Shown: positions 1 through 10,537, counted from the stretch's first letter. The stretch is DNA of 64,000 nt from Candidatus Calescibacterium sp. (GCA_032249135.1 JAVVGL010000003.1:1-64000), one strand, 5' to 3'. Notes: generated by a model not told the origin, from the sequence alone. Numbers and translations: made by a program.

Positions 1-136
1 TTGTCTTTTAATATACACCAGCTGATGGGAGGTAAAATTTGATGGGAACTAGGGTTTATTTTCTATAAAAAAGGTTTATTTTCTATAAGTTATGCCAGTA
101 CACTATTTGGGTTAAAAAATAACTAAAATAAACATT

Positions 137-2014
137 ATGGAAAGGGATTGGAAGTCTTATAAGAACATAATGGAACTTTTTGAAGAAACAGCTGAAAAAT
201 TTCATAATAAAACTGCTTTAAGATACAAAGAAAAAGGAATATGGCACGAAATAACATGGGGAAAATATAAAGAGCTTGTGTATAAGGTAGCAAAATCTCT
301 ACTTGCTCTTGGATTGAAAAAAGGAGATAGAGTTGCTTTGATTGGGAATAACAGATGGGAGTGGGTTGTGACAGACCTTGGTATAATTCACGCTGGCGGA
401 ATTTCAGTCGGACTATATCCTACATTATCTCCGGAGCAAATAGAATACTCAGTAAATCACTCAGAAGCCAAAATAATTTTTCTTGAAGGAGAAGAACAAC
501 TTGATAAAGTCCTTGAAATTGAAAATAAAACAGGACTTGAAAAATTCATAGTTTGGGACAAAAAAGGACTATGGGGATTCAAACACAAAAAACTTTTATT
601 CTTTGATGAATTTTTAGATTTAGGAAAAGAAGTAGAAGATAGAAAATTACAAGAAATAAAAGATGAGATAGAACCAGAAGATACCGCATTCATAATTTAT
701 ACTTCCGGAACAACTGGACCTCCAAAAGGTGCAATGATAACTCATAGAAATATCCTTTTTATGACATATGCCCTATCTCGTGTAAATGAGGCGAATGAAG
801 ACGATGAAACTTTATCTTACCTTCCATTAAATCACATAGCTGAAAGATTGCTATCTGTATATTTGCCCGTTGCTATTGGATATAAAGTGAATTTTGTTGA
901 GAGCTTTGAAACTTTGCTTGAAAATCTCCGAGAAGTAAGACCTACACACTTTTTCTCTGTCCCAAGAATATGGGAAAAAATAGCATCTCAAATAGAAATT
1001 CTTATGGATGATTCAACTCCTCTGAAAAAGAGACTGTGGAAGTTAGCAAAAGAATGGGGAAGAGAATACGCCGAAAGCCTCCAAAAAATTAAAGAAGAAC
1101 TTATAAGAAAAGACGGAGAGTTTGATAAACTCAAAGGAGAAGAAAGAAGAAAATTGGTTCATAGTAAAGTTCCCTTGAAAACAAGGCTCAAATACCTTGT
1201 AGCATATAACTTGGTTCTAAGACATGTAAAAAGGATATTGGGTTTTGATAGAATAAAATTTGCACTATGCGGTGCAGCTCCGTCAGCTCCTGAACTTTAT
1301 TTATTTTTTAACTCACTCGGAATTCCTCTTGCAGAAGGTTATGGACAAACAGAATCATCTGGTGTTATAACTATAACAAAAATAGGGAAAGAAAGATTTG
1401 GCTATGTCGGCGAGCCAATAGAGGGTATAGAAGTAAAGATAGCAGAAGATGGAGAAATCCTAACTCGTGGTCCACATGTATTCAAAGGATATTTTAAGGA
1501 CCCAGAACTTACCGCTATGACAATAGTAAATGGATGGCTTCACACAGGAGATGTAGGTCAAATGGATGAACTTGGATACCTAAAAATTCTTGACAGAAAA
1601 AAAGATATAATAATAACTGCTGGTGGAAAAAACATAACTCCATCTTATATTGAGAACAAACTAAAATTTTCTCCATACATTCAAGATGCCGTAGTTATAG
1701 GAGATGGTAGAAAATACCTCGTAGCTCTAATTCTTATAGATGAGGAAAATGTATCAAATTGGGCTCAAAAGATGAGAATTCCATTCACAACTTTTGAAGA
1801 CCTGACAAAAAATCCTCAGGTTTATAAACTCATAAAAGAAGAAGTTGAAAAAGTGAATAAAACTTTATCGCAAGCTGAAACAATAAAGAAATTCGCTCTG
1901 ATACCACGAAAACTTTACGAAGAAGAAGGAGATATCACTCCAACACGCAAACTAAAAAGAAAGATGATAGAAAAAAAATATAAGGATATTATAGAACAGC
2001 TTTACAGAGATTAA
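137..2014 (+). CDS. Long-chain fatty acid-CoA ligase (AMP-dependent synthetase)
   Basis: AMP-binding motifs YTSGTTGPPKG, EGYGQTE, GWLHTGD, DRKKDIIITAGGKNI. Confidence 0.92.
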   Translation: MERDWKSYKNIMELFEETAEKFHNKTALRYKEKGIWHEITWGKYKELVYKVAKSLLALGLKKGDRVALIGNNRWEWVVTDLGIIHAGGISVGLYPTLSPEQIEYSVNHSEAKIIFLEGEEQLDKVLEIENKTGLEKFIVWDKKGLWGFKHKKLLFFDEFLDLGKEVEDRKLQEIKDEIEPEDTAFIIYTSGTTGPPKGAMITHRNILFMTYALSRVNEANEDDETLSYLPLNHIAERLLSVYLPVAIGYKVNFVESFETLLENLREVRPTHFFSVPRIWEKIASQIEILMDDSTPLKKRLWKLAKEWGREYAESLQKIKEELIRKDGEFDKLKGEERRKLVHSKVPLKTRLKYLVAYNLVLRHVKRILGFDRIKFALCGAAPSAPELYLFFNSLGIPLAEGYGQTESSGVITITKIGKERFGYVGEPIEGIEVKIAEDGEILTRGPHVFKGYFKDPELTAMTIVNGWLHTGDVGQMDELGYLKILDRKKDIIITAGGKNITPSYIENKLKFSPYIQDAVVIGDGRKYLVALILIDEENVSNWAQKMRIPFTTFEDLTKNPQVYKLIKEEVEKVNKTLSQAETIKKFALIPRKLYEEEGDITPTRKLKRKMIEKKYKDIIEQLYRD

Positions 2015-2046
2015 TACTTTTATTCTTTATTATTTTTTATTTTATC

Positions 2047-2556
2047 TTATTTTTTATTATTGGAGTTTTGAATTTTTGACAAAGCCAATCTCAAAAATCT
2101 TTCCTCGTCTTCTCTTGTTTTAACTTGTAAAATTTTTTCTTCTGCAAGTTTTAAAACCAACTGAAAAGCGTAGTTTTCTAATTCTTTCTTTTTCTCCTGA
2201 ACTTTCATTTCAATCATCCTATTGACCTCCTCAATTTTGTTTTTAGAATATAATTCTGCGCTCCTTCTTATTCTTTCACACTCCTTTTCCGTTAATTCCT
2301 CAATTTCTCTTCTCAACTTCTCTTTTTCTTGCTCGGCTGATTTTCTTTTTTCCAAAGCTCTATTATAGATTTTCTTTGCTTCCTCCAACCTTTTCTTTGA
2401 AGATTCAAGTTCAGCTATCATTTCAGATCTACTTTTCTCAATAGAGCTTTTAAGTTTTGGGAAAACAAACTTCAAAAGCAGAAAAATATAAAGGAAAAAG
2501 TTTATTGATGTAAAAATTAATGTTTTTATAAACTCGCCTCCTCCGTGTCCTTCCAT
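2047..2556 (-). CDS. atpF: ATP synthase F0 subunit b
   Basis: N-terminal TM helix (SINFFLYIFLL) followed by a long charged coiled coil; adjacent to a b'-like gene. Confidence 0.75.
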   Translation of the reverse strand: MEGHGGGEFIKTLIFTSINFFLYIFLLLKFVFPKLKSSIEKSRSEMIAELESSKKRLEEAKKIYNRALEKRKSAEQEKEKLRREIEELTEKECERIRRSAELYSKNKIEEVNRMIEMKVQEKKKELENYAFQLVLKLAEEKILQVKTREDEERFLRLALSKIQNSNNKK

Positions 2557-2562
2557 AGCCTC

Positions 2563-2988
2563 TTAAACCTTCCTTCCTAAAATTTTTTCTAAAAGTCCCC
2601 GGGAAATTTCATCTGCCATTTTAGGTATCTCATTCAATACTTTTTTCTCATATTCTTCAAGTTTTGCAGTTTCCTCTTGTAGTTTTTTTAATGCGTATTC
2701 ATCAACTTGAGCAATAATTTCTGATGCCCTCTTTCTTTCCTCATCAACTCTCCTTTTATACTCACTCAGAGCTCTATCTCTTTCCTCCTCAATAATTTTC
2801 TGATATTCTTGTTCAAGTTTTTCGGCTTCTTTGAGAAGCCTTTCAGTTTCTTCATTTACCTTCTTTATCTCCTCAAAATATCCTGAAACCTCATTCAAAA
2901 TCGGGTTTATAATAAACTTTGAGAGTACAATATACACCAAGATAAAAATAATGAAACTGAAAACAAAAGTTAAATCGGGTTGCAACAT
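2563..2988 (-). CDS. ATP synthase F0 subunit b'
   Basis: PDLTF...TM...FIINPILN start, charged coiled coil, EKILGRKV C-terminus typical of b'. Confidence 0.75.
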   Translation of the reverse strand: MLQPDLTFVFSFIIFILVYIVLSKFIINPILNEVSGYFEEIKKVNEETERLLKEAEKLEQEYQKIIEEERDRALSEYKRRVDEERKRASEIIAQVDEYALKKLQEETAKLEEYEKKVLNEIPKMADEISRGLLEKILGRKV

Positions 2989-3139
2989 ATATAACCTTTT
3001 TTTATAGTAGGAGAAAGAATAATTTCATTAAAATCAAAAAATTTCAAGATTAAGATGTAAAAGCAATCTCAAAATTAAAAAACAAAGCCGTAAAAAAACA
3101 AATAAGAACTTTGAATATATAAAATAAAGTAAATAGTGA

Positions 3140-5101
3140 ATGGGGAACAAAAATGAAAGCCTTGATTTTTCTTTTGATGAAAGCAATATTAACATAAATT
3201 ACAAAGAGCAAACAAAATATCTTTTCAGCTTCATAAAAAGGTATATTGGAAACTACATAAAAGGAATTGTAGCCACAATATGCTCTGCGTTTTTTTCAGC
3301 GATAACTCCAATCTTTGTAAAAAAAGGCATAGAAGCTCTTGAAAAAGGGACAACAAAAGATTTTATAGTTCTTATAGGGTTAGCCATAGCATCTTTTGGC
3401 ATAATAAGAAGCGCACTTTTGTACATAGGAAGAATGCTCATAATAAGATCCGGAAGACTTGTTGAGAAAGATATAAGAGATGACATTTTCAAATCTACTC
3501 TATCAATAAGGTCAGAATTCTTTGATAAAGAAGGAACAGGAAAAATAAGTTCAGTAATAATAAATGACATTGAAAACATAAGAATGATGCTTGGATTCGG
3601 AGGTATGATAATCTCTCACATAATGCCTGTGTTCATAATGAGCATCATAGGGGAGTTCTTAATAAGCCCAAAACTCACTTTAATATCTCTCATCCCACTT
3701 TTGAGTATAACTTTCGTTGTAATTTTCTTCCAAAGGAGAATTTTTATAATATCAGAAAAAGCCCAGGATAAACTATCAGAAATCTCCGATTTCAGCCAAG
3801 AGAAAATATCATCAATAAGAATAATAAAAAGCTTCGCAATAGAAGACAAAATACAAGAGAAATTCAACGAAAAAGCAGAAGATTACAAGAAAATAAATTT
3901 AAGGCTTGCAAAAGAAAGAGGAAAATTTGATGTGCTATCTTTCCTACTCGCTGAAATATCTCTGCTTTTTGTTGTAATGTTCGGTGGGAAGATGGTAATA
4001 GATAATGAAATTTCAAAATCTACCCTTGCAGGATTTATTGCATATCAGATAATCCTTATATGGCCGGCTATGGCTATGGGATACCTTGTTGTGATAATTC
4101 AAAGAGGTTTTGCTTCTCTTTGGAGACTTCAAAAACTAAAAATCCAAGAAAAAGAGCAAGATATAGAGCACCTTCTGAATGAGATAGAGAATAATAACAG
4201 GAAATCCCAAATTCCAATATCAATTTCATTTGAAAACCGAGCAAAGAACAATAATAAACAAACAACTGAAAATTTGGAGAATGAAAATTCAGACTTTATA
4301 TCCTACGATATCCGAATAAAAAACCTAAATTATGGCATTTTGAAAAATATAGAGCTGCAAATACCAGAAGGAACAAAAATTGGGATAGTAGGGAAGACAG
4401 GTTCAGGAAAAACTACTCTGCTTCAACTTATAATGAAACTTTACATCCCACCAGAGGGAACAATATTCATAGGAGGAGAAGACATTTGTAAAAAGCCAAC
4501 ATATGAAATCAGAAAAATAATCTCAGCTGTTTTTCAGGAGAATTTCTTTTTCTCCGGAACAATAAAAGAAAATGTAATTTTAGGGAAGGGAGACTTTTTA
4601 TTAGAAGAACTCTCATTAGACCAAAATGAAAACGGGAAAGAATATTATTATGATGATGTTAATTTGGAAAGAGAGGTTGAAAAGTACCTCAAAATAGCGA
4701 ATTTTGACTATTCATCTTTCCCAAAAGGAATAGAAGAAATTATAGGAGAAAAAGGAATAAAGTTATCTGGGGGTCAGAAAGAAAGACTTGCACTTGCCCG
4801 AGCTCTAATTAAGAACCCTAAAATATTAATTTTAGATGATGCGTTCGCAAATATTGATACAAAAACAGAAGAAGAAATCTTAAAATCTCTTTTGAGAATA
4901 GTAGAAGAAAAAAATATGACTTTAATTTTTGCAACTCACAGAGTAAAGAATCTCATCAACTTTGATATGATTTTAGAGCTTCAAAAAGGTTATATTATAA
5001 ACCTTGATTCACCATCAAATCTCCTCAAAAGAGAAGGCTCAATTTTTTCAAGTTTTTACAGGAGAGAAATTGAAAGCTCTGTATGGGGGAAATTGATATG
5101 A
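3140..5101 (+). CDS. ABC exporter, permease + ATPase half (MdlA/YheI-like)
   Basis: TM domain, Walker A GKTGSGKT, signature LSGGQ, degenerate Walker B ILILDD. Confidence 0.9.
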   Translation: MGNKNESLDFSFDESNININYKEQTKYLFSFIKRYIGNYIKGIVATICSAFFSAITPIFVKKGIEALEKGTTKDFIVLIGLAIASFGIIRSALLYIGRMLIIRSGRLVEKDIRDDIFKSTLSIRSEFFDKEGTGKISSVIINDIENIRMMLGFGGMIISHIMPVFIMSIIGEFLISPKLTLISLIPLLSITFVVIFFQRRIFIISEKAQDKLSEISDFSQEKISSIRIIKSFAIEDKIQEKFNEKAEDYKKINLRLAKERGKFDVLSFLLAEISLLFVVMFGGKMVIDNEISKSTLAGFIAYQIILIWPAMAMGYLVVIIQRGFASLWRLQKLKIQEKEQDIEHLLNEIENNNRKSQIPISISFENRAKNNNKQTTENLENENSDFISYDIRIKNLNYGILKNIELQIPEGTKIGIVGKTGSGKTTLLQLIMKLYIPPEGTIFIGGEDICKKPTYEIRKIISAVFQENFFFSGTIKENVILGKGDFLLEELSLDQNENGKEYYYDDVNLEREVEKYLKIANFDYSSFPKGIEEIIGEKGIKLSGGQKERLALARALIKNPKILILDDAFANIDTKTEEEILKSLLRIVEEKNMTLIFATHRVKNLINFDMILELQKGYIINLDSPSNLLKREGSIFSSFYRREIESSVWGKLI

Positions 5102-6864
5102 TAAGTTCAAGAACAAAAAAAGGAGAATTAGAATTCATTCTCAAATTTTTTTCGTACCTCACAAAATATAAATTCTTACTATTTTTATCAATAGTTTCCC
5201 TTGCGGGAGGTATAATATCAGAAATTTCAATACCAGCTCTTTTAAAAAAATCGGTAGATTTAGCGATAGAAACAAAAAACATATCAAAACTTCTCATTTT
5301 CTCATCTGCGATCTTGCTTGCTATAATTATTTCATCACTTAACCATTATTTTCTTATTTACTTTACAAATAAAATTGGACAAAATGTAATAAAAGATATA
5401 AGGACTCAGCTCTTCAGTCATATTTTGAGACTTCCTCTCTCTTACTTTGACAAAAATCAAAGCGGCAAAATTGTAATAAGAATAACAAACGATGTGGAAA
5501 ATCTCACAGAACTTTTCATCTCAGGACTTATAACCTTTACAGCGGACATACTTTTGATAATTGGTATCTCAGCAATTCTTTTCTTTCTTGATGTAAAACT
5601 TGCACTCATTACCCTTTCGGTTTTTCCAGCAATGATTGCTATGACTTTATTTTTCAGAAAGAAAGCAAGAGAAATTTATCTTAACATAAGAAGGAAAATA
5701 GCTCACCTTAATTCTTTCATAAGCGAGAGCATAATGGGAATTAAAACTGTAAAAATTTTACCAGCATACATTTTTTCATTCAACAAATTCAGGAAACTCA
5801 ACAAAGATTACTCAGATGAAACAGAAAAAGCAATATTTTTATTCTCCTTCTTTTTCTCTTCAATAATTTTCTTTTCCGCAATATCTTTGGGAGCCGTAAT
5901 GGGATTCGGTGGCGTAAAAATTTTAGAAAACGAACTGTCTTTTGGAACATTTATTGCATTCTGGTATGCAGTAAATAAACTTTTTGATCCAATATGGGAT
6001 TTCAGTGAAAAATACAACATAGTTCAAACTGCAATCGCGGCATCTCAAAGAATATTCAAAATCCTTGAAACTCAAACAGAAGAATATGATGAACTATCAT
6101 TACCCCAAAAAATAAAAAACGACGAAAACAGAGTAAGGATAGAAAAGAAGATTGAAAGAGGAGAAATTGAATTTCAGAATGTGAGTTTTTCTTATGACGG
6201 AGAAAAAATAGTTTTAGATTCGGTATCGTTTAAAATAAGAGCAGGAGAAAATGTATCAATAATTGGACTGACGGGAGCTGGCAAAACAACAATCGCAAAT
6301 CTTATCTTACGCATGTATAAACCCCAAAAAGGTCAAATACTTATAGATGGAGAAAATATAGAAAATTATAGTTTAAGAGAAATAAGAAGAAAAATATCAA
6401 TAGTACACCAAGACATATTCATATTTTCAAGAAAGGTAATAGAAAACATAACTTTTGGCGATAAAAACAGAGAGAAGATAAGAAAAATAGTGAATATGTT
6501 AGATGAACTCGGAATAGAAATAGACCTTGAAAAAGAGATAGGAGATGATGGAGCAGGTTTGTCAGCTGGAGAGAAACAAATAATAGCTATCCTGAGAGCT
6601 TTTTATTTTGATCCCAAAATCATAATATTTGATGAAGCAACTTCTTTCATAGACCCAGAAACAGAAGAGAAAATTCTAAAACTACTTGAAAAAATATCAA
6701 AAGGGAAAACACTCATAAAAATAGCTCATAGACCTTCAACCATAAAATGGTCAGAAAAAATAATCCTTGTAAAAAACGGAAAAACACAAGAATTGAAAGA
6801 TATAATCAAAAAATTAAAACAAATACAACTTACAGATGGAAAGATTCAACTGATTTCAAAATAA
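5098..6864 (+). CDS. ABC exporter, second half (MdlB/YheH-like); ATG at 5098 overlaps the upstream stop (ORF track starts 5083)
   Basis: TM domain, Walker A GLTGAGKT, degenerate signature LSAGE, Walker B IIIFDE; heterodimeric exporter layout. Confidence 0.9.
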   Translation: MISSRTKKGELEFILKFFSYLTKYKFLLFLSIVSLAGGIISEISIPALLKKSVDLAIETKNISKLLIFSSAILLAIIISSLNHYFLIYFTNKIGQNVIKDIRTQLFSHILRLPLSYFDKNQSGKIVIRITNDVENLTELFISGLITFTADILLIIGISAILFFLDVKLALITLSVFPAMIAMTLFFRKKAREIYLNIRRKIAHLNSFISESIMGIKTVKILPAYIFSFNKFRKLNKDYSDETEKAIFLFSFFFSSIIFFSAISLGAVMGFGGVKILENELSFGTFIAFWYAVNKLFDPIWDFSEKYNIVQTAIAASQRIFKILETQTEEYDELSLPQKIKNDENRVRIEKKIERGEIEFQNVSFSYDGEKIVLDSVSFKIRAGENVSIIGLTGAGKTTIANLILRMYKPQKGQILIDGENIENYSLREIRRKISIVHQDIFIFSRKVIENITFGDKNREKIRKIVNMLDELGIEIDLEKEIGDDGAGLSAGEKQIIAILRAFYFDPKIIIFDEATSFIDPETEEKILKLLEKISKGKTLIKIAHRPSTIKWSEKIILVKNGKTQELKDIIKKLKQIQLTDGKIQLISK

Positions 6865-6865
6865 T

Positions 6866-7636
6866 TCAACCAATTTCAACATATCCGGAGAAAATGAAGT
6901 TTGCTGAACCTTCAAGAAAAAACTCATCTCCTTTCTTTGATACCAAAACTTTTCCCCCTTTAAATATAATTTCTGCTTCGTCTTTCACAAGATTTTCCTT
7001 TTGCGCCACTGAAAAAACCGCAACCGCACCTGTTCCACATGCTAATGTCTCACCCACTCCTCTCTCAAAAACCATAACTTCTATGGAATTTTGACTTCTA
7101 ATTTTCGCAAACTCAACATTAACGTTCTCATCTTTTGATATTTTTGAAGCAAGATTAATAAAAAGTTCATAATCAAAATCTCCCAAAAATACAAGATGAG
7201 GATTTCCAACATCAACCCTAAAAAGCTCAAACTTGTCGTACTTGACTTTCCCTAAAATTTTGGGAGTTCCCATATTTACTTCTAGTCCTCTTTGAGTTCT
7301 CCTTACCTCTCTCTTTCCCGCCAGAGTTTCAAATGTGATTTTATCTTTATCCGAAAGCTTCATATCGTAGATGTATTTTGCAACACACCTTATTCCGTTC
7401 CCGCTCATTTCAGCCTCGGAGCCATCGGCATTTATTATTCTTATCTTGAAATCAAAATTCCGATCCGATGGTTTATAAAGACCTATAACTCCGTCGGCAC
7501 CTATACCGAAATTTCTACTGCAATATTTTCTCGCAAAATCTTGAATAGAAAAATTTTCACCACCCTGCGGAATACGAAGATCAATTATGATAAAATCATT
7601 CCCAAGAGCTTCATACTTTGAAAACCACAACTTCAT
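6866..7636 (-). CDS. dapF: Diaminopimelate epimerase (probable start MKLWFSKY at 7636)
   Basis: LGNDF, GIGADG, NADGSEAEMSGNGIRC, VDVGNPH, NVEF, FERGVGETLACGTG. Confidence 0.88.
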   Translation of the reverse strand: MKLWFSKYEALGNDFIIIDLRIPQGGENFSIQDFARKYCSRNFGIGADGVIGLYKPSDRNFDFKIRIINADGSEAEMSGNGIRCVAKYIYDMKLSDKDKITFETLAGKREVRRTQRGLEVNMGTPKILGKVKYDKFELFRVDVGNPHLVFLGDFDYELFINLASKISKDENVNVEFAKIRSQNSIEVMVFERGVGETLACGTGAVAVFSVAQKENLVKDEAEIIFKGGKVLVSKKGDEFFLEGSANFIFSGYVEIG

Positions 7637-7741
7637 GCTAACCACTACCAATAAAAAAAAGAAAAAAAGTAATAGAATTGTTAAGAAAGCATACGATTTT
7701 TTGGAAATTATCAAGCAATTTTTTTAAAATTTGAAAATGCT

Positions 7742-8092
7742 ATGGGAGATATAAAAGAGCTTGTAGAAAGCGATAGTGTTCTGAGAATAAAAATGAAAGG
7801 GAAAAACAAAAAAAATAATAATAATTCAAATATTTTTGGCTTCTTTCTCGGAACAATATTGACATTCCTTCCTCTCTTTGCAACAGTATATATAAAATCA
7901 CAAATTATAAATCAGGGATATAAAATCGCAAAGATGGTAAAAGAATTAGAAGAACTACAAGATACGAGGGATTATCTCTCAGCAAAACTTTCGTCTTTAC
8001 AAAATCCAAAGAACCTTTATAAGATAGCACAGAAAATGGGATATGAACTCCCATCAATAGAAAAAATAGATTTTCTCACGGGTAAAAAGTGA
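7742..8092 (+). CDS. FtsL-like cell division protein
   Basis: Short cytoplasmic N-terminus, one TM, 'GYKI' + coiled coil, LSSLQNPKNLYKIAQKMG. Confidence 0.6.
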   Translation: MGDIKELVESDSVLRIKMKGKNKKNNNNSNIFGFFLGTILTFLPLFATVYIKSQIINQGYKIAKMVKELEELQDTRDYLSAKLSSLQNPKNLYKIAQKMGYELPSIEKIDFLTGKK

Positions 8093-8111
8093 GAAAATTA
8101 AAACTGAGAAA

Positions 8112-8633
8112 TCAAAAGTCATCACCAAAAGGACCTTTTACTTCTGAGTTTTCATCTGTAACAACATAGTAAGAAAATTTACCATCACCATCCAAATCAC
8201 ATCTTGCCAAAATAGTTATGTCAACTCCTGCAGTTGCTTCAACTTCTAAACCATCCGAAGGAGAAGCGGTTTGCGGAGAAGAAGAAAAGTCTCCCTGAGC
8301 AATAGCATAATCGCAGTATGTTCCCCCTTTTGTGTTGAAATTGAGCTGTTGTGAAAAGCAATTTTCATCACTCCAAATTTTTTTATCCTTTCCCCCCAAA
8401 CCGGGATACCACCCGCATGTTATGTATTTTCCTTTCTCGGTTTCCCTCATCTCTTCAAGATGTAAAATAGATGGCAAAATAGTTTTCACCTCCGCAGTTT
8501 TTGATTTATATACGAACTTTCTATACTGCGGAACAGCAAGAGATGCTAAAACAGAAATTATAATGAGAACTATTATTAATTCAAGAAGAGAAAAAGCTCT
8601 CTTACTTGAAGAAAAAATTTCCTCCATTCTCAT
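8112..8633 (-). CDS. Type IV pilin-like protein (start 8633 or 8627)
   Basis: Prepilin motif KRA|FSLLELIIVLIIISVLASLAVPQY with Glu+5; C-terminal CDLDGDG. Confidence 0.85.
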   Translation of the reverse strand: MRMEEIFSSSKRAFSLLELIIVLIIISVLASLAVPQYRKFVYKSKTAEVKTILPSILHLEEMRETEKGKYITCGWYPGLGGKDKKIWSDENCFSQQLNFNTKGGTYCDYAIAQGDFSSSPQTASPSDGLEVEATAGVDITILARCDLDGDGKFSYYVVTDENSEVKGPFGDDF

Positions 8634-8716
8634 AATATACAATAAACAAACAAAAAGTATAAGCAATAATTTTGTTTTTTGTATTGCAGAAAAATAATTT
8701 ATAAAATTAAAGAAAA

Positions 8717-9136
8717 ATGTTCAAAAAGATTCTTATAGGATATGATGGTTCTGATGGAGCAAAGAAAGCTCTAACGAAAGGAATAGAAATAGCAAAAGTT
8801 TCTGGAGCAGAAATATATATTTTATCTGTTGGAAGAATTCCAGAATATGCTGAAATAATATCGGAAATAGAAGAAGCAAAAGAACAAGCTCAAAAATTCT
8901 ACGAAAAAATACAAAAAGAAGCTTACGACACAGCAAATAAAGAAGGAATAAGCTGCAAAACTTTGATAAAATATGGCAAATCAGGCGATGTAATAGTGGA
9001 TACCGCTACTGAAATCGGAGCCGACCTCATAATTGTTGGAGTTCATAAACATTCTGCACTGAAAAGAAGATTATTAGGTGCCACAGCAGATAAAGTAGTA
9101 GATAACGCAACTTGCTCCGTATTAGTGGTAAAGTAA
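8717..9136 (+). CDS. Universal stress protein
   Basis: MFKKILIGYDGS, ADLIIVG, LLGATADKVV...CSVLVVK. Confidence 0.92.
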   Translation: MFKKILIGYDGSDGAKKALTKGIEIAKVSGAEIYILSVGRIPEYAEIISEIEEAKEQAQKFYEKIQKEAYDTANKEGISCKTLIKYGKSGDVIVDTATEIGADLIIVGVHKHSALKRRLLGATADKVVDNATCSVLVVK

Positions 9137-9249
9137 AATCAAAAAAAGATAAAAAGAAAAAATGAAAGCCAGAGAAGAGAAAAAAACTGAAAAATGAAAA
9201 AAACTGAAAAATGAAAATTTATAAATAGTTAGGAATAATTTGAGAATTT

Positions 9250-9307
9250 AGGGGAATGGCGTCTCCCCTTAACCGCCCCCACCAGAGGAGGGCTGATGAC
9301 GCCTACC
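9250..9307 (+). ncRNA. Fluoride (crcB-motif) riboswitch
   Basis: P1 AGGGGA(9250-55)/TCCCCT(9264-69); pseudoknot GGCGTC(9258-63)/GACGCC(9298-9303); conserved AACCGC...GCTGATGAC..CTAC; lies in the 5' UTR of an antiporter gene. Confidence 0.92.
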
Positions 9308-9370
9308 ACATCCAGCCACCAAAAATGAGTTAGAAAAATAAAAATAAAACACCAAAGGAGGTAGGCAAAT

Positions 9371-10537
9371 ATGGCAGAACAACTCTGGTGGGAAGCGTCT
9401 ATATGGATTCTTTTAGCACTTGCATCAAGCCTTTTATCTTTGAAAATAGGAATATCAGTTGCTCTCGTTGAAATAATAGTCGGAATCATAGCGGGAAACA
9501 CCATACACCCTAATATCACTCCATGGGTAAAATTTCTTTCAAGCTTTGGAGCAGTTATTCTAACTTTCTTAGCAGGAGCAGAACTTGAAAGAGATGTGAT
9601 AAAAAAGTACTGGAAAGAATCTCTGATTTTGGGGCTTATAGGTTTCTTTGCGCCATTTATAGGAGCTTGGCTTATAGCTCAATTTATTTTAGGGTGGGAA
9701 TTAAAACAGGCTCAACTTGCAGGTATAGCACTATCTACAACATCAGTGGCAGTGGTATACGCAGTAATGGTAGAAACAGGATTAAATGAAAAACCATTAG
9801 GAAAAATTATTCTAGCAGCATGCTTTGTAAATGACCTTGGAACCGTAATAGCACTGGGACTACTTTTTACAAAAATAAATATCACACTCATCATCTTCAC
9901 AGTAGCTACAATATTAGCTATTATAATCCTACCAAAGTTCTCAGAGATCTACTTTAGAGTCGTAAAAAACCACCCGAGTGAGCCAGAAGTAAAATTTATA
10001 TTTCTTACTCTTTCTCTTTTTGGATTATTTGCCGTCAAAAGCGGTAGTGAAGCGGTCTTACCTGCATACCTCATAGGGGCAGCATTAGCAAACTTATTTT
10101 TAGAAAACAGAGAACTCGTAAAACGTATGCGAGCTACAACCATTGCAATTCTAACACCATTTTACTTCCTCAAAGCTGGTAGCCTCGTGAATCTCCAAGC
10201 TATACTTACTCAAATCGGAGCACTAACAGTACTCTTTTTTGCAAAGGTTATATCTAAATTCGTAGGACTTTACCCAGCCGGAGTGGCGTTCAGGTTCAGA
10301 ACAAAAGTAAACTTATACAATGTCATGCTTATGAGCACAGGTCTTACTTTCGGAACAATTTCCGCTCTGTATGGACTTGAACACAACATAATTGACCAAA
10401 ATCAATATTCACTTTTGGTAACAGTAGTCATACTATCTGCCATAATACCAACTTATATAGCACAAAAATTTTTCTACCCCAAAGATGAAGAAGCTTCAAA
10501 CTTCAAAATTGAAAGAAAGAAAAAGAAGATAAAATGA
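9371..10537 (+). CDS. Cation:proton antiporter (Na+/H+ exchanger family)
   Basis: Many TM helices, FLAGAEL, LSTTSVAVV, ACFVNDL; strong SD AAGGAGGT. Confidence 0.9.
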   Translation: MAEQLWWEASIWILLALASSLLSLKIGISVALVEIIVGIIAGNTIHPNITPWVKFLSSFGAVILTFLAGAELERDVIKKYWKESLILGLIGFFAPFIGAWLIAQFILGWELKQAQLAGIALSTTSVAVVYAVMVETGLNEKPLGKIILAACFVNDLGTVIALGLLFTKINITLIIFTVATILAIIILPKFSEIYFRVVKNHPSEPEVKFIFLTLSLFGLFAVKSGSEAVLPAYLIGAALANLFLENRELVKRMRATTIAILTPFYFLKAGSLVNLQAILTQIGALTVLFFAKVISKFVGLYPAGVAFRFRTKVNLYNVMLMSTGLTFGTISALYGLEHNIIDQNQYSLLVTVVILSAIIPTYIAQKFFYPKDEEASNFKIERKKKKIK

